Below, piece after piece: positions 1 through 8,614 of a stretch of DNA of 64,000 bases; within the stretch, counting starts at the first letter, position 1, and every line of letters begins with the position of its first letter. Location of the stretch: positions 6,326 to 70,325 of the forward strand of contig JAWXCM010000206.1 in assembly GCA_034408745.1 (NCBI GenBank). The letters run 5' to 3'. The notes beneath the pieces were generated by a model. The model was given only the letters and a program-made list of their open reading frames with translations. It was not told the origin of the DNA and did not search any database. The stretch is from Bryobacteraceae bacterium. Its GTDB lineage: Bacteria > Acidobacteriota > Terriglobia > Bryobacterales > Bryobacteraceae. A program made the translations under genes and the position numbers.

Positions 1-44
1 CCCATGCGGACCGCTGCCCGGCCGATCTCGTCGATCTCAGCCGT

Positions 45-518
45 TTGCGGGCTGGCGATCTCGACGACTTACTGGCTGAGGAGCAACTTACGTGGCGCTC
101 CACGCTGACGTGGGATTTCTCCGCGTCCGCCGAACTGGTCAGGCGCTATCTCGCCATCCGCGGACTCACCGGATGCGCTCTGGTCGACAACGGTCGCGTG
201 CTCGGCTATTGCTACTACGTCGTGGAGGATCGCAAAGGCATCATCGGCGACCTCTTCGTGCGCCGCGACCGCGATTCCGCCTTCAACGAAGACCGCATCC
301 TGACCTCCGTCCTCCATACCCTGATCTCCACGCCGGGCGTTGAGCGCATCGAAGCCCAGTTAATGATGATGCACGGGCCCTTTGAACGTGCTCTCCCCAT
401 GGCGCGATTCGGAGCCTTTTCCCTCCGCCAGCTGATGATCGCCGTATCACCGGGGCGGCGAGCCCGTGCGAGCCTCCGGGAAGCTGCGTGCCGGGGACGT
501 CGCGATCAGTATGGATGA
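45..518 (+). CDS. GNAT-like acetyltransferase domain protein, possibly 5'-truncated by the window edge
   Basis: ORF track gives 157 aa. The start at 45 is TTG, but the frame stays open back to nt 3. The central block GYCYYVVEDRKGIIGDLFV...VERIEAQLM resembles a GNAT core. Family call is from memory only. Confidence 0.4.
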   Translation: MRAGDLDDLLAEEQLTWRSTLTWDFSASAELVRRYLAIRGLTGCALVDNGRVLGYCYYVVEDRKGIIGDLFVRRDRDSAFNEDRILTSVLHTLISTPGVERIEAQLMMMHGPFERALPMARFGAFSLRQLMIAVSPGRRARASLREAACRGRRDQYG

Positions 519-855
519 TCTGCTCGGCAACCTCGGCACTTCTGATTAGCGAACCGGAATGATGGCCGTGGCCAGAATACATGAGGATCGCCGGCCTGCG
601 CGGTTCCCAGGTATACGCACTTCCCGCAGTCGGGCTTCCAGCCCGTTCGTCAAGGCAATACGGGGTGCCGCTTTTCAGTGTCGCTGATCGCTCGCTGCTC
701 GAGCTGTATAGCGACAACGACTGGATATCTGGCGAGCCAGCCCGGGCGCTGTCCTTTGCCGCAACCGCATTTTATTCTGTCTGAAATTGTGTTTTATCGA
801 TTCTGCTTGTCCGGCTGTTGGAAATAGACCGGAAATGACGAAACTCGCGACGGAG

Positions 856-3456
856 TTATGGAATGCGGCTGGCTGAGTTTGGCGGATCGGCCCAGTGGCG
901 GAAGAAGCGGCGCCAGCCTGTCTCGGGTTGCGCGAAACCCTCCACCATGTAAATGTCCGCATTCCCTCTGCTGAACGTCAGGGTTATGCGCTGGCCACCG
1001 GGATGCATTCCGGGCAGGAGCGGAGTGGGAGAATATCGGTCTGGTACAGACAGGCGGATTTCTCCCGTTCTGCTGGCCGTTGCAGGATCGATGCGGACGA
1101 GCCTGGTAGTGGGTGGCGTGCCTTCCGCGATGGCCACCAAAAGTCCCTGGGACTTGTCCCAGACCGGTGATCCACTGGCGCGTTCCACGACTCGGGAAGC
1201 GCCTCCGTGAGCCGCGACGACGCTCACGCCGCCGTCGCTTGAGTAGGCGATTTGCTCTCCGTCGGGCGACCATGCGCAAGTGGTGCGTCCGAAGCCGTTT
1301 CGCGCCTGAGAGGCGACTTTCACGGGAGGGCGGGCGCCGCCGGACTCCACCTTCCAAAGCTCGCCGCCGCTGACAGGGCCTTCGCTGTAAGCCAGCCAGT
1401 TGCCGTCGGGCGACCAGCAAACGCTGCCACCGCGGACTTGCACCCGTGTGGAGGTATCCCGCAACATGGTCTGAGGACCGCCGGCGGCAAGGACGATGAA
1501 GACTCCGCCCTGTCTGCGAAAAGCAAGGCGGCGCCCATCGGGCGAGAACGCCGGCGAAACTGCGACCGGATCGGCGACCACCAGACGCCCGCCCTTTCCA
1601 TCCTGCTCCGCGATCCAGATACCGGACCCCTCCTCAAAGTGAGCGACTGATTTTCCATCCGGAGACCAACTTGTGCCGTGCTCGATGACGGTGGTGGCCC
1701 GCAGGGGTCGAAGAAACCGGCCAGTGATATCGAACTCCAATAAGTCGAAATCTACTTTGCTCTTGTCTATGGCAATTCTCTGCCCATCGGGACTGACAGA
1801 GAGCCCGAACCAGCCGTCGTTTCCTGCAAGCAACAACTGTTTCGCGGAGGACTCAGTGTCGGCGAGCATGAGTCGGGTGCCGCCGTCGCCGGTGGTAAAT
1901 GCGGCGTGCCGGGAATCAGGCATCCACGACGTGTAGTAGGCATCGCGTATCGACGGCACTGCACGAACCTTCCCTCCGGGCCAGGAAACAACAAGAGCTG
2001 CTTCGTTGGCGTGTCCGATCAGAAGCTTTGTTCCATCCGGGGAGAACGCAGGCTTGCCGGCTTCGATTTCCTCCTCGAAAGGCAAATCGGCGATGCGCCT
2101 GGCGTTACCACCTCCGATGGGCCAGGAAAGCAGGCGTACCCTGGCGCCATTCTCTTCACGAACCAGGCTGACGGAGACGATCGATTTCTCGTCAGGCGCC
2201 ATTGTAAAGCGGGCCCGCACAGTCTGGAGATCGCACTTTAGTTCGCGGGGCGAGCCCCCCGAAACGGAAATGGCACGAATGCCCTCGCTCGCATAGTAGA
2301 TAGTCCCGCCGTCTTTTGACCATCCGATGATTTCGGCAGACTTGTTTCCGCTAGTCAGTTGTGTGGAACTGCCCCCGTTCAGGGAGCGAACGAAAACCTG
2401 GCCAATCGCGTTGACGGCGCGGACATAGGCAAGGGACTTACCGTCAGGCGAGAACCGGGGCAAGTATTCCTCCTCCGGCTCGACCGCAATCGGTGAGATC
2501 CGCAGGGAGGTGGCGGGTACCGACTCGTGCGGAACAAGCAGGAATACCGCCGCGGCGCCGGCGAGTGCTGCGGCCGCCACCGCTGACGGCAGGAGCCATG
2601 ATCGAGGCCGGGTAACCGGGCCCAGGTTCGGTATTGGGGCGACGGACGCCTCGCTGAGCCGGTCACGGACATTGCGCAGTTCTCGATAGAGGTCGCGCGT
2701 GGAGTCGTAGCGGTTCTCGGGGTCCTTGGCCAGGCACCTCTCGATGATCCACCGGAGCGGGGCTGGCAGACTTGCCGGCAACGGTTCCGGATCTTCGCGG
2801 ATGATGGCGGTCATTGTCTCCACCGTACTGTCGCGCTGGAAGGCCCGACGGCCAGTGGCGAGTTCGTAGAGGATCAACCCGAACGAGAACTGGTCGCTGC
2901 GCGCATCGAGTTCGTGCGCGCGAGCTTGCTCGGGGCTCATGTACGCGATGGTGCCGACGACGAAGCCCGGCTGGGAGACGGATACCGTGCGGGTCAACTG
3001 GTCTGTCGCCGGCGCGCCCGCGACCTGTTTAGCGAGGCCGAAGTCGAGGATCTTGACTCGCCCGGACTTGCCGACCAGGATGTTGTCGGGTTTCAAGTCC
3101 CGATGAATGAACCCGGCCGAGTGAGCGGCGGCGAGGCCGTCAGCGATTTGCACTGCGATGTCGAGCAGGCGGCGCGTGTCGTCGCCCTGCCGCACTGGCT
3201 CACCTTCGACGTACTCCATGACGAGGTAGTCGTCGCCGATGTCGTGAAGGGTAGCAATATTGGGGTGATTGAGCGCTGCGATCGCGCGGGCTTCGAAGCG
3301 AAAGCGATCTGTGAACTGGTCGTGTGAAAACTTGATCGCGACCGTACGGTCGAGGCGCGTGTCGCGGGCCTTCCAGACCTCACCCATGCCGCCGGCACCA
3401 ATGGCCGCGAGCAGCTCGTACGGGCCGATCCGGGAGCCAGGCGAGCGGGCTACCAC
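856..3456 (-). CDS. Receptor Ser/Thr protein kinase K1: Hanks kinase, single TM helix, TolB/PD40-like beta-propeller
   Basis: 866 aa. Kinase motifs [28 protein letters not shown] and MSPEQ are present. A hydrophobic helix (WLLPSAVAAAALAGAAAVFLLV) follows. The C-terminal half has repeated (F/W)SPDG blades. GTG start at 3456 has GGAG 7 nt upstream and overlaps the K2 stop by 7 nt. Confidence 0.9.
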   Translation of the reverse strand: MVARSPGSRIGPYELLAAIGAGGMGEVWKARDTRLDRTVAIKFSHDQFTDRFRFEARAIAALNHPNIATLHDIGDDYLVMEYVEGEPVRQGDDTRRLLDIAVQIADGLAAAHSAGFIHRDLKPDNILVGKSGRVKILDFGLAKQVAGAPATDQLTRTVSVSQPGFVVGTIAYMSPEQARAHELDARSDQFSFGLILYELATGRRAFQRDSTVETMTAIIREDPEPLPASLPAPLRWIIERCLAKDPENRYDSTRDLYRELRNVRDRLSEASVAPIPNLGPVTRPRSWLLPSAVAAAALAGAAAVFLLVPHESVPATSLRISPIAVEPEEEYLPRFSPDGKSLAYVRAVNAIGQVFVRSLNGGSSTQLTSGNKSAEIIGWSKDGGTIYYASEGIRAISVSGGSPRELKCDLQTVRARFTMAPDEKSIVSVSLVREENGARVRLLSWPIGGGNARRIADLPFEEEIEAGKPAFSPDGTKLLIGHANEAALVVSWPGGKVRAVPSIRDAYYTSWMPDSRHAAFTTGDGGTRLMLADTESSAKQLLLAGNDGWFGLSVSPDGQRIAIDKSKVDFDLLEFDITGRFLRPLRATTVIEHGTSWSPDGKSVAHFEEGSGIWIAEQDGKGGRLVVADPVAVSPAFSPDGRRLAFRRQGGVFIVLAAGGPQTMLRDTSTRVQVRGGSVCWSPDGNWLAYSEGPVSGGELWKVESGGARPPVKVASQARNGFGRTTCAWSPDGEQIAYSSDGGVSVVAAHGGASRVVERASGSPVWDKSQGLLVAIAEGTPPTTRLVRIDPATASRTGEIRLSVPDRYSPTPLLPGMHPGGQRITLTFSRGNADIYMVEGFAQPETGWRRFFRHWADPPNSASRIP

Positions 3457-6017
3457 GACAGCGCTCCGTCGATGGTCCAGATGTCGGATGTTTCTGTTTC
3501 GACGGTGACCAGCAGTCGCTTGCCGTCCGGATGGAGGTTGACGTTGAACAGACGCTTGTCAATGGCAACATCGAGTGTGACCAGCTTCTTCTCGATCCCG
3601 GCTGCCACGTCAATCGACCACAATTCCCATTGCCGTCGTTCTCCGCGGCGCAGCCCGAAAATGCTCCTGCCGCCGGGGCCGAAGGAGAACGTGCGGTATC
3701 CACCCTTCGACAGCACCCGATCCGTTTTGCCGTCCGTCGAGATAACGTGGAGATCACCTCCGCCCTCAGTCAGGAACGCGATGAGGTCTCCGGCGGGGGA
3801 CCAGTTTACAGGAAACCCAGGTGTCGGCTCTTTCGCTGTGTAGATGTCCACCGGCTCGCCTCCGGACGTCGACACCCTGGTGATTCTGGCGCCATCTGCC
3901 GCGTACCGCGTGTAGACGATCCAGGCTCCATCGGGTGAGAATGACGCACCATGGGTGTCCTTGCGGGCCCGGTCCACTTCAATCGGTACACCCCCGGATG
4001 CAGAGACCAGCAGGACTCGGTGTTCCTTGCCGTAACTGTCGAGCGAGAGCTGCTGCCCATCGTGGGAGAAATTGATGCGCTGTATGTTCTCCACTTCAGG
4101 ACCGGAGAGTGACAACGGTCTGGGCACGCCTCCTCCATCAGCCTTAAAGAAGATTGCAGCGCGGCCCGCGACATCGCTGATATATGCGAATTCGCGGCCC
4201 GACGGATGCCAGACGGCTGCCGAGTCCGTGCGGCCGCGCTCCACAAGCGAACGTCCCTTGCCGCTGTCGATCTGGAACTCGTAGACGGCCTGCTGAAGCG
4301 CATGAACGGAAACGGCGATTCGTGTGCCGTCGGGGGAGATGGCAGGATCTCGCTCTCCGGCGGGTCCCGCCGTGAGCGTGCGCTGTGCTCCCGACTTCAC
4401 GTTGATGGCGTACAGATGCGTTTCGTCGGTTTCCGATCTGCGGCTCGCAAGAACAATGTGTTTCCCGTCGGGCATCCACTGAAACAGTCCCTGAGCGATG
4501 GTGTAGCTTCGAAACCGGGCTGGCGACCGGACCGGGTTGTCACCATTCGCGCCAGCAATCCACAACTCTCGCTCATCCTGCTCATCCTGCCGGTTGAGGC
4601 AGAGCAGCGCGAGTTGTTTGCCGTCAGGCGAGAACCTTGGAACAGCGGTTCGGGACTTCTCCGGAAACCCTGGACGGCGGTAGCGTACCGCGTTCGTGCC
4701 GTCACCGTTGGCGAGATAAATTGCGCCTTCCGAGCGCCGGAAGAATGCGAGCCGCCCTCCGTCGGGAGAGAGCGATCCGAATACGGCATCTTTGACGAAC
4801 AGCTGCGGCACACCGCCGGTAGCGCCGACGAAGTAGACATTCCTGCCAAGTTCGAAGTAAACGCGAGTGCCGTCGGGCGACCAGAACGGCCTTGCGGCGG
4901 CGGTTTTCCCCTGGGTCAGTTGCGCCGCTGAAGTAGCGTCGACCGTCCTGGTGAACACCTGATCGATCCCGTCTACGTTGCACGTATACGCGACCGTGCG
5001 GCCATCCGGGGACCAGGCGGGCTGTCGTTCCCGGCAGGCGTCCGTGGCGAACGGCGTGTACTTTACGTCGGGCGCTACGGTTCGCGGCGGGCGCAGCCAG
5101 AAGAAAGCTGCCACCGAGCATACGGCTGCAAGAGCGGCTCCGAGCGCGAATGGCAACACGGGCCAGTGGCGTTGGGGCTGGACGGCTGCGGGCTGTCCTG
5201 CGGACTGCGTCTCGGTGATGCGGGTGCGAGCCGAGCGCAGGTCCGCCAACAGGTCTTTTGTCGAGGCGTAGCGTTCTTCAGGATCCTTGGCGAGGAGCCG
5301 CTCGATGATCCAGCGCAGAAGCGCCGGGACGGTGGGCGGGAGTGGCTCGGCTTCATCGCGGATGATGGCGGCCAGCGTTTCGGGCGCGCTTGGCCGCGCG
5401 AACGCGCGTTTTCCTGCGGCGAGTTCGTACAGCACCAGGCCGAAGGAGAACTGGTCACTGCGCGCGTCGAGCTCCTGTCCACGCGCCTGCTCAGGGCTCG
5501 TGTACGCCGTGGTGCCAACGATGCTGCCGGGGTCTGTGACGGAGGTGCGCGTCGCGTCCTCGGCTGCGGGCCGAACGGCGGCTTTGGCGAGGCCAAAGTC
5601 CAGAATCTTGACGCGATTCGATTTCGTCAGCAGGATGTTGTCCGGCTTCAGGTCGCGATGCACAAAACCGGCCGTGTGGGCGGCTGCGAGGCCGTCGGCG
5701 ATCTGCACGGCGACGTCGAGAAGCTTGCGGGTGTTGTCGGGGGCGCGGAGCGGCTCGCCGTCAACGTACTCCATCACGATGTAGTTCTCGCCGACATCGT
5801 AAAGGGCGGCTACGTTCGGGTGGTTCAGCGCGGCGATGGCCCGAGCCTCGCGTTCGAACCGCTCGCTGAATTGCGCGTGCGAGAACTTGATGGCGACCAC
5901 TCGGTCGAGCCGGGTGTCGCGGGCTTTCCACACCTCACCCATGCCGCCAGCGCCGATGGGGGCGAGCAGTTCGTAGGGTCCGATTCGTCCGCCTGCCTTT
6001 ACTGCTTCCGCGGCCAT
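3450..6017 (-). CDS. Receptor Ser/Thr protein kinase K2 (kinase-TM-TolB-like propeller)
   Basis: ORF track gives 3450..6029. I prefer the ATG at 6017 (MAAEAVKAGGRIGPYELL). This start is conserved in K3, K4 and K5 and is preceded by GGGAGAGG. Full Hanks motif set, a TM helix and SPDG-type repeats are present. Confidence 0.9.
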   Translation of the reverse strand: MAAEAVKAGGRIGPYELLAPIGAGGMGEVWKARDTRLDRVVAIKFSHAQFSERFEREARAIAALNHPNVAALYDVGENYIVMEYVDGEPLRAPDNTRKLLDVAVQIADGLAAAHTAGFVHRDLKPDNILLTKSNRVKILDFGLAKAAVRPAAEDATRTSVTDPGSIVGTTAYTSPEQARGQELDARSDQFSFGLVLYELAAGKRAFARPSAPETLAAIIRDEAEPLPPTVPALLRWIIERLLAKDPEERYASTKDLLADLRSARTRITETQSAGQPAAVQPQRHWPVLPFALGAALAAVCSVAAFFWLRPPRTVAPDVKYTPFATDACRERQPAWSPDGRTVAYTCNVDGIDQVFTRTVDATSAAQLTQGKTAAARPFWSPDGTRVYFELGRNVYFVGATGGVPQLFVKDAVFGSLSPDGGRLAFFRRSEGAIYLANGDGTNAVRYRRPGFPEKSRTAVPRFSPDGKQLALLCLNRQDEQDERELWIAGANGDNPVRSPARFRSYTIAQGLFQWMPDGKHIVLASRRSETDETHLYAINVKSGAQRTLTAGPAGERDPAISPDGTRIAVSVHALQQAVYEFQIDSGKGRSLVERGRTDSAAVWHPSGREFAYISDVAGRAAIFFKADGGGVPRPLSLSGPEVENIQRINFSHDGQQLSLDSYGKEHRVLLVSASGGVPIEVDRARKDTHGASFSPDGAWIVYTRYAADGARITRVSTSGGEPVDIYTAKEPTPGFPVNWSPAGDLIAFLTEGGGDLHVISTDGKTDRVLSKGGYRTFSFGPGGRSIFGLRRGERRQWELWSIDVAAGIEKKLVTLDVAIDKRLFNVNLHPDGKRLLVTVETETSDIWTIDGALSW

Positions 6018-8614
6018 AGCCTCTCCCATAAGTTCGCGGGCGGTGGACGAAAGCCCTCGAGAATCCAGATGTCACCCTCGCTCGCAGCCACGGTTCCGGC
6101 GAGGAACTTGCCGTCAGGCGAGATGCTGAAGCGCCGGCCCGCGCCGGCCCGCGAGTTAAAGCGTAACGCCCCCGGGAGGTTACTCACAGTCTTCACACTG
6201 CCGGATTTCCAGTTCAGTTCGAGTATCTGCTGCGAGGCGGTGCCTCGATACATACCGACCAGCGACCGGCCATAAATTGCGGTCCCGTCGCGATTCCACG
6301 TTGCGGGACGACCGAGCTCAGCAGGAAGGTCCATCACTTTCTTTCCGTCTCCCGACATTAACCAGGGAGGCCGGATTGGCGGATTCACTATGCACAGAAT
6401 TAAATCATCCTTTGGCGACCATTCCGGGCGGCATCGATCTGCCCCGAGGTCGACGGGCTGCTCATGGCTGCCAGGCCGAATCTTCCTTACGCGCCCTGAC
6501 AGCAAGGAATACGCGATCCACTTGCCGTCGGGCGACCAGGAGGGGGTGGCATGGTCTCCGCCGTTCTCGCCTATCGGCGTGGGTGTTCCGCCTGAGACCG
6601 CGACCACCCAGATACCCTGACCGCTTGCCCGGCGCACCGAGAAGGCGACGCGGGTTTCGTCAGGGGAGAAGACTGGGTCGATGAACTCGAACACGCCTGT
6701 CTGGTCGGGAAGGGACTTGCGCGAGACCACAATTCGTTCCGTTCCGGAATCGCGGTCATGGAGCACAATCTCCTCCTGCCGAACATAAAGAAAGCGGTTG
6801 GTTCGCGGTGCCCATGAAGGGTACTGAAGAGTAAGCCGGGACCGCACCATGGGCCGTGGCGGAGAACCGTCAATCGGCATCTCCAGCAGCGAGAAGCGCC
6901 GGGCTCCCTCAACGTAGGCGATACGTGAGCCGTCGCGGCTGACCGACGGCTGGGTGGCGGTAGAACTCGGTAACAGCCAGGACAAGCGGCCTGTGTCTGT
7001 GTCGATGAGGCGTAAGCCCGGGTCATCGCCCGCGGAGAGTACACCATGGCGACCGTCGGAGAGCCATGCGACATCCAGAAAAGAACTGCCCAGGGACTCC
7101 AACAGCCGCCGGGATCCGCCTGCGGCATTGACCAGCCATACCTCCTGACCATGCGCAGTCGGGATTGAGACCAACAGGCGCTTCGAATCGGGAGACCAGG
7201 TTAGGTGGTCGGGAGCGAAGCAGCACTCCGGATCGAATCCTGAGACTGGCTTCGGCTCTGCCTCGGGTGGTGAGGCGATGACGAGTCTGCGCTTTCCGGG
7301 CGCTCCGGGGGAGTCTGTCTCGAGCGCGGCGAGGCTCTTGCCGTCCGGCGAGACTGCGGACGAGTAACTGCGGCGGATCTTCGGGAGACGGAAGGCCTCG
7401 CCCCCGGCTCTCCCAACCGAGAAGACACCGCCGTAGGACGTGTAATAGATGCGCGAGCCATCGCTGGACCAGCTCAGGCTTTCCACCGGCAGCAGTGCAT
7501 TGGCGACAACGACGGGCGGGCTCCCGTCGAGATCTCGCACCACGACTTCAAATCCGTCCCGGGACTGCCGGGTGTAGGCGATGCTGCGGCCGTCGGGCGA
7601 CCATGATGGGCTCTCTTCCGGAGCCTCCTCATTTGCGAAGGGCACGATCTTGTATTGCGAGGTGTCGGGCTGCCACGGGGCTCGCAGTTGCCACGCGACG
7701 AATGCAGTGGTTGCCAGCAGGGCTCCGGCTGCGAACCAGATGAAGATGTTCCCTGCTCTGGTGCGCCTTGCGGGCTCGACGGTGGAGGCGTGTTGCGACG
7801 CGCTGGTGTCTCGCATTCGCTCGCGCAGGGTACGTAGTTCCAGATAGAGGCCGCGGGTGGTGTCGTAGCGTTCGGAGGGGTCTTTGCTAAGGCAGCGTTC
7901 GATGACCCAGCACAGAGGGCCGGGAACGCTGGATGGCAATGGCTCGGCATCATCCCGGATGATGGCCGCCATGGTCTCCGGTACGCTCGGGCGCTGGAAC
8001 GCGCGCTTGCCCGCGACAAGCTCATAGAGCACGAGGCCGAAGGAGAACTGATCGCTCCGCGCATCGAGTTCCTCGCCGCGTGCCTGCTCCGGGCTCATGT
8101 ACGCAGTGGTGCCGACGATGGTGCCCGGGTTTGTGACGGAGGTGCGGGTGGCATCCTCGGAGGCGGGTCGCACGGCAGCTTTGGCGAGGCCGAAGTCGAG
8201 GATCTTGGCGCGCCCCGCCTTCGTGATCAGGATGTTGTCGGGCTTGAGGTCGCGATGCACGAAACCGGCGGCATGCGCGGATGCGAGTCCGTCGGCGATC
8301 TGCACGGCGAGGTCGAGCAATTTGCGGGTGTTGTCGGGGGCACGGACCGGCTCGCCGTCCACGTACTCCATGACGATGTAGTTCTCGCCGACATCGTAGA
8401 TTTGGGCAATGTTCGGGTGGTTCAGTGCGGCGATGGCCCGGGCTTCCCGTTCGAAGCGCTCAGTGAACTGGGCGTGAGAGAACTTGATGGCGACGACGCG
8501 GTCGAGGCGTGTGTCGCGAGCTTTCCACACCTCGCCCATGCCGCCTGCGCCGATGGGCGCGAGCAGTTCGTAGGGTCCGATTCGTCCGCCAGCCTTTACT
8601 GCTTCCGCGGCCAT
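5999..8614 (-). CDS. Receptor Ser/Thr protein kinase K3 (kinase-TM-TolB-like propeller)
   Basis: The ORF track start at 8629 is TTG. The conserved ATG at 8614 is preceded by GGGAGAGG. Same motifs as K2. The C-terminus is ...[25 protein letters not shown]. Confidence 0.9.
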   Translation of the reverse strand: MAAEAVKAGGRIGPYELLAPIGAGGMGEVWKARDTRLDRVVAIKFSHAQFTERFEREARAIAALNHPNIAQIYDVGENYIVMEYVDGEPVRAPDNTRKLLDLAVQIADGLASAHAAGFVHRDLKPDNILITKAGRAKILDFGLAKAAVRPASEDATRTSVTNPGTIVGTTAYMSPEQARGEELDARSDQFSFGLVLYELVAGKRAFQRPSVPETMAAIIRDDAEPLPSSVPGPLCWVIERCLSKDPSERYDTTRGLYLELRTLRERMRDTSASQHASTVEPARRTRAGNIFIWFAAGALLATTAFVAWQLRAPWQPDTSQYKIVPFANEEAPEESPSWSPDGRSIAYTRQSRDGFEVVVRDLDGSPPVVVANALLPVESLSWSSDGSRIYYTSYGGVFSVGRAGGEAFRLPKIRRSYSSAVSPDGKSLAALETDSPGAPGKRRLVIASPPEAEPKPVSGFDPECCFAPDHLTWSPDSKRLLVSIPTAHGQEVWLVNAAGGSRRLLESLGSSFLDVAWLSDGRHGVLSAGDDPGLRLIDTDTGRLSWLLPSSTATQPSVSRDGSRIAYVEGARRFSLLEMPIDGSPPRPMVRSRLTLQYPSWAPRTNRFLYVRQEEIVLHDRDSGTERIVVSRKSLPDQTGVFEFIDPVFSPDETRVAFSVRRASGQGIWVVAVSGGTPTPIGENGGDHATPSWSPDGKWIAYSLLSGRVRKIRPGSHEQPVDLGADRCRPEWSPKDDLILCIVNPPIRPPWLMSGDGKKVMDLPAELGRPATWNRDGTAIYGRSLVGMYRGTASQQILELNWKSGSVKTVSNLPGALRFNSRAGAGRRFSISPDGKFLAGTVAASEGDIWILEGFRPPPANLWERLWPRKQ
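6015..6027 (-). promoter_or_regulatory. Shine-Dalgarno plus ATG of K2, embedded in the K3 C-terminal codons (translational-coupling junction)
   Basis: The minus strand reads tGGGAGAGGctATGgcc. In the K3 frame these bases are tgg gag agg cta tgg = W E R L W. Confidence 0.65.

Noticed and set aside
430-800. Possible frameshifted continuation or second GNAT repeat after the first ORF (LRAGDVAISMDDLLG in another frame echoes LRAGDLDDLL at the start)
   Set aside because: The echo is only ~10 residues and the alternative frame stops at about nt 547. I could not build a consistent domain from the remaining frames.
5166-6275. Long plus-strand ORFs across the kinase array (for example 5166..6275, 9910..11250, 13155..13739, 8255..8854)
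   Set aside because: All are antisense to kinase genes that have complete catalytic motifs. They have low-complexity, Arg/Gly/Asp-rich translations and no recognisable domains.
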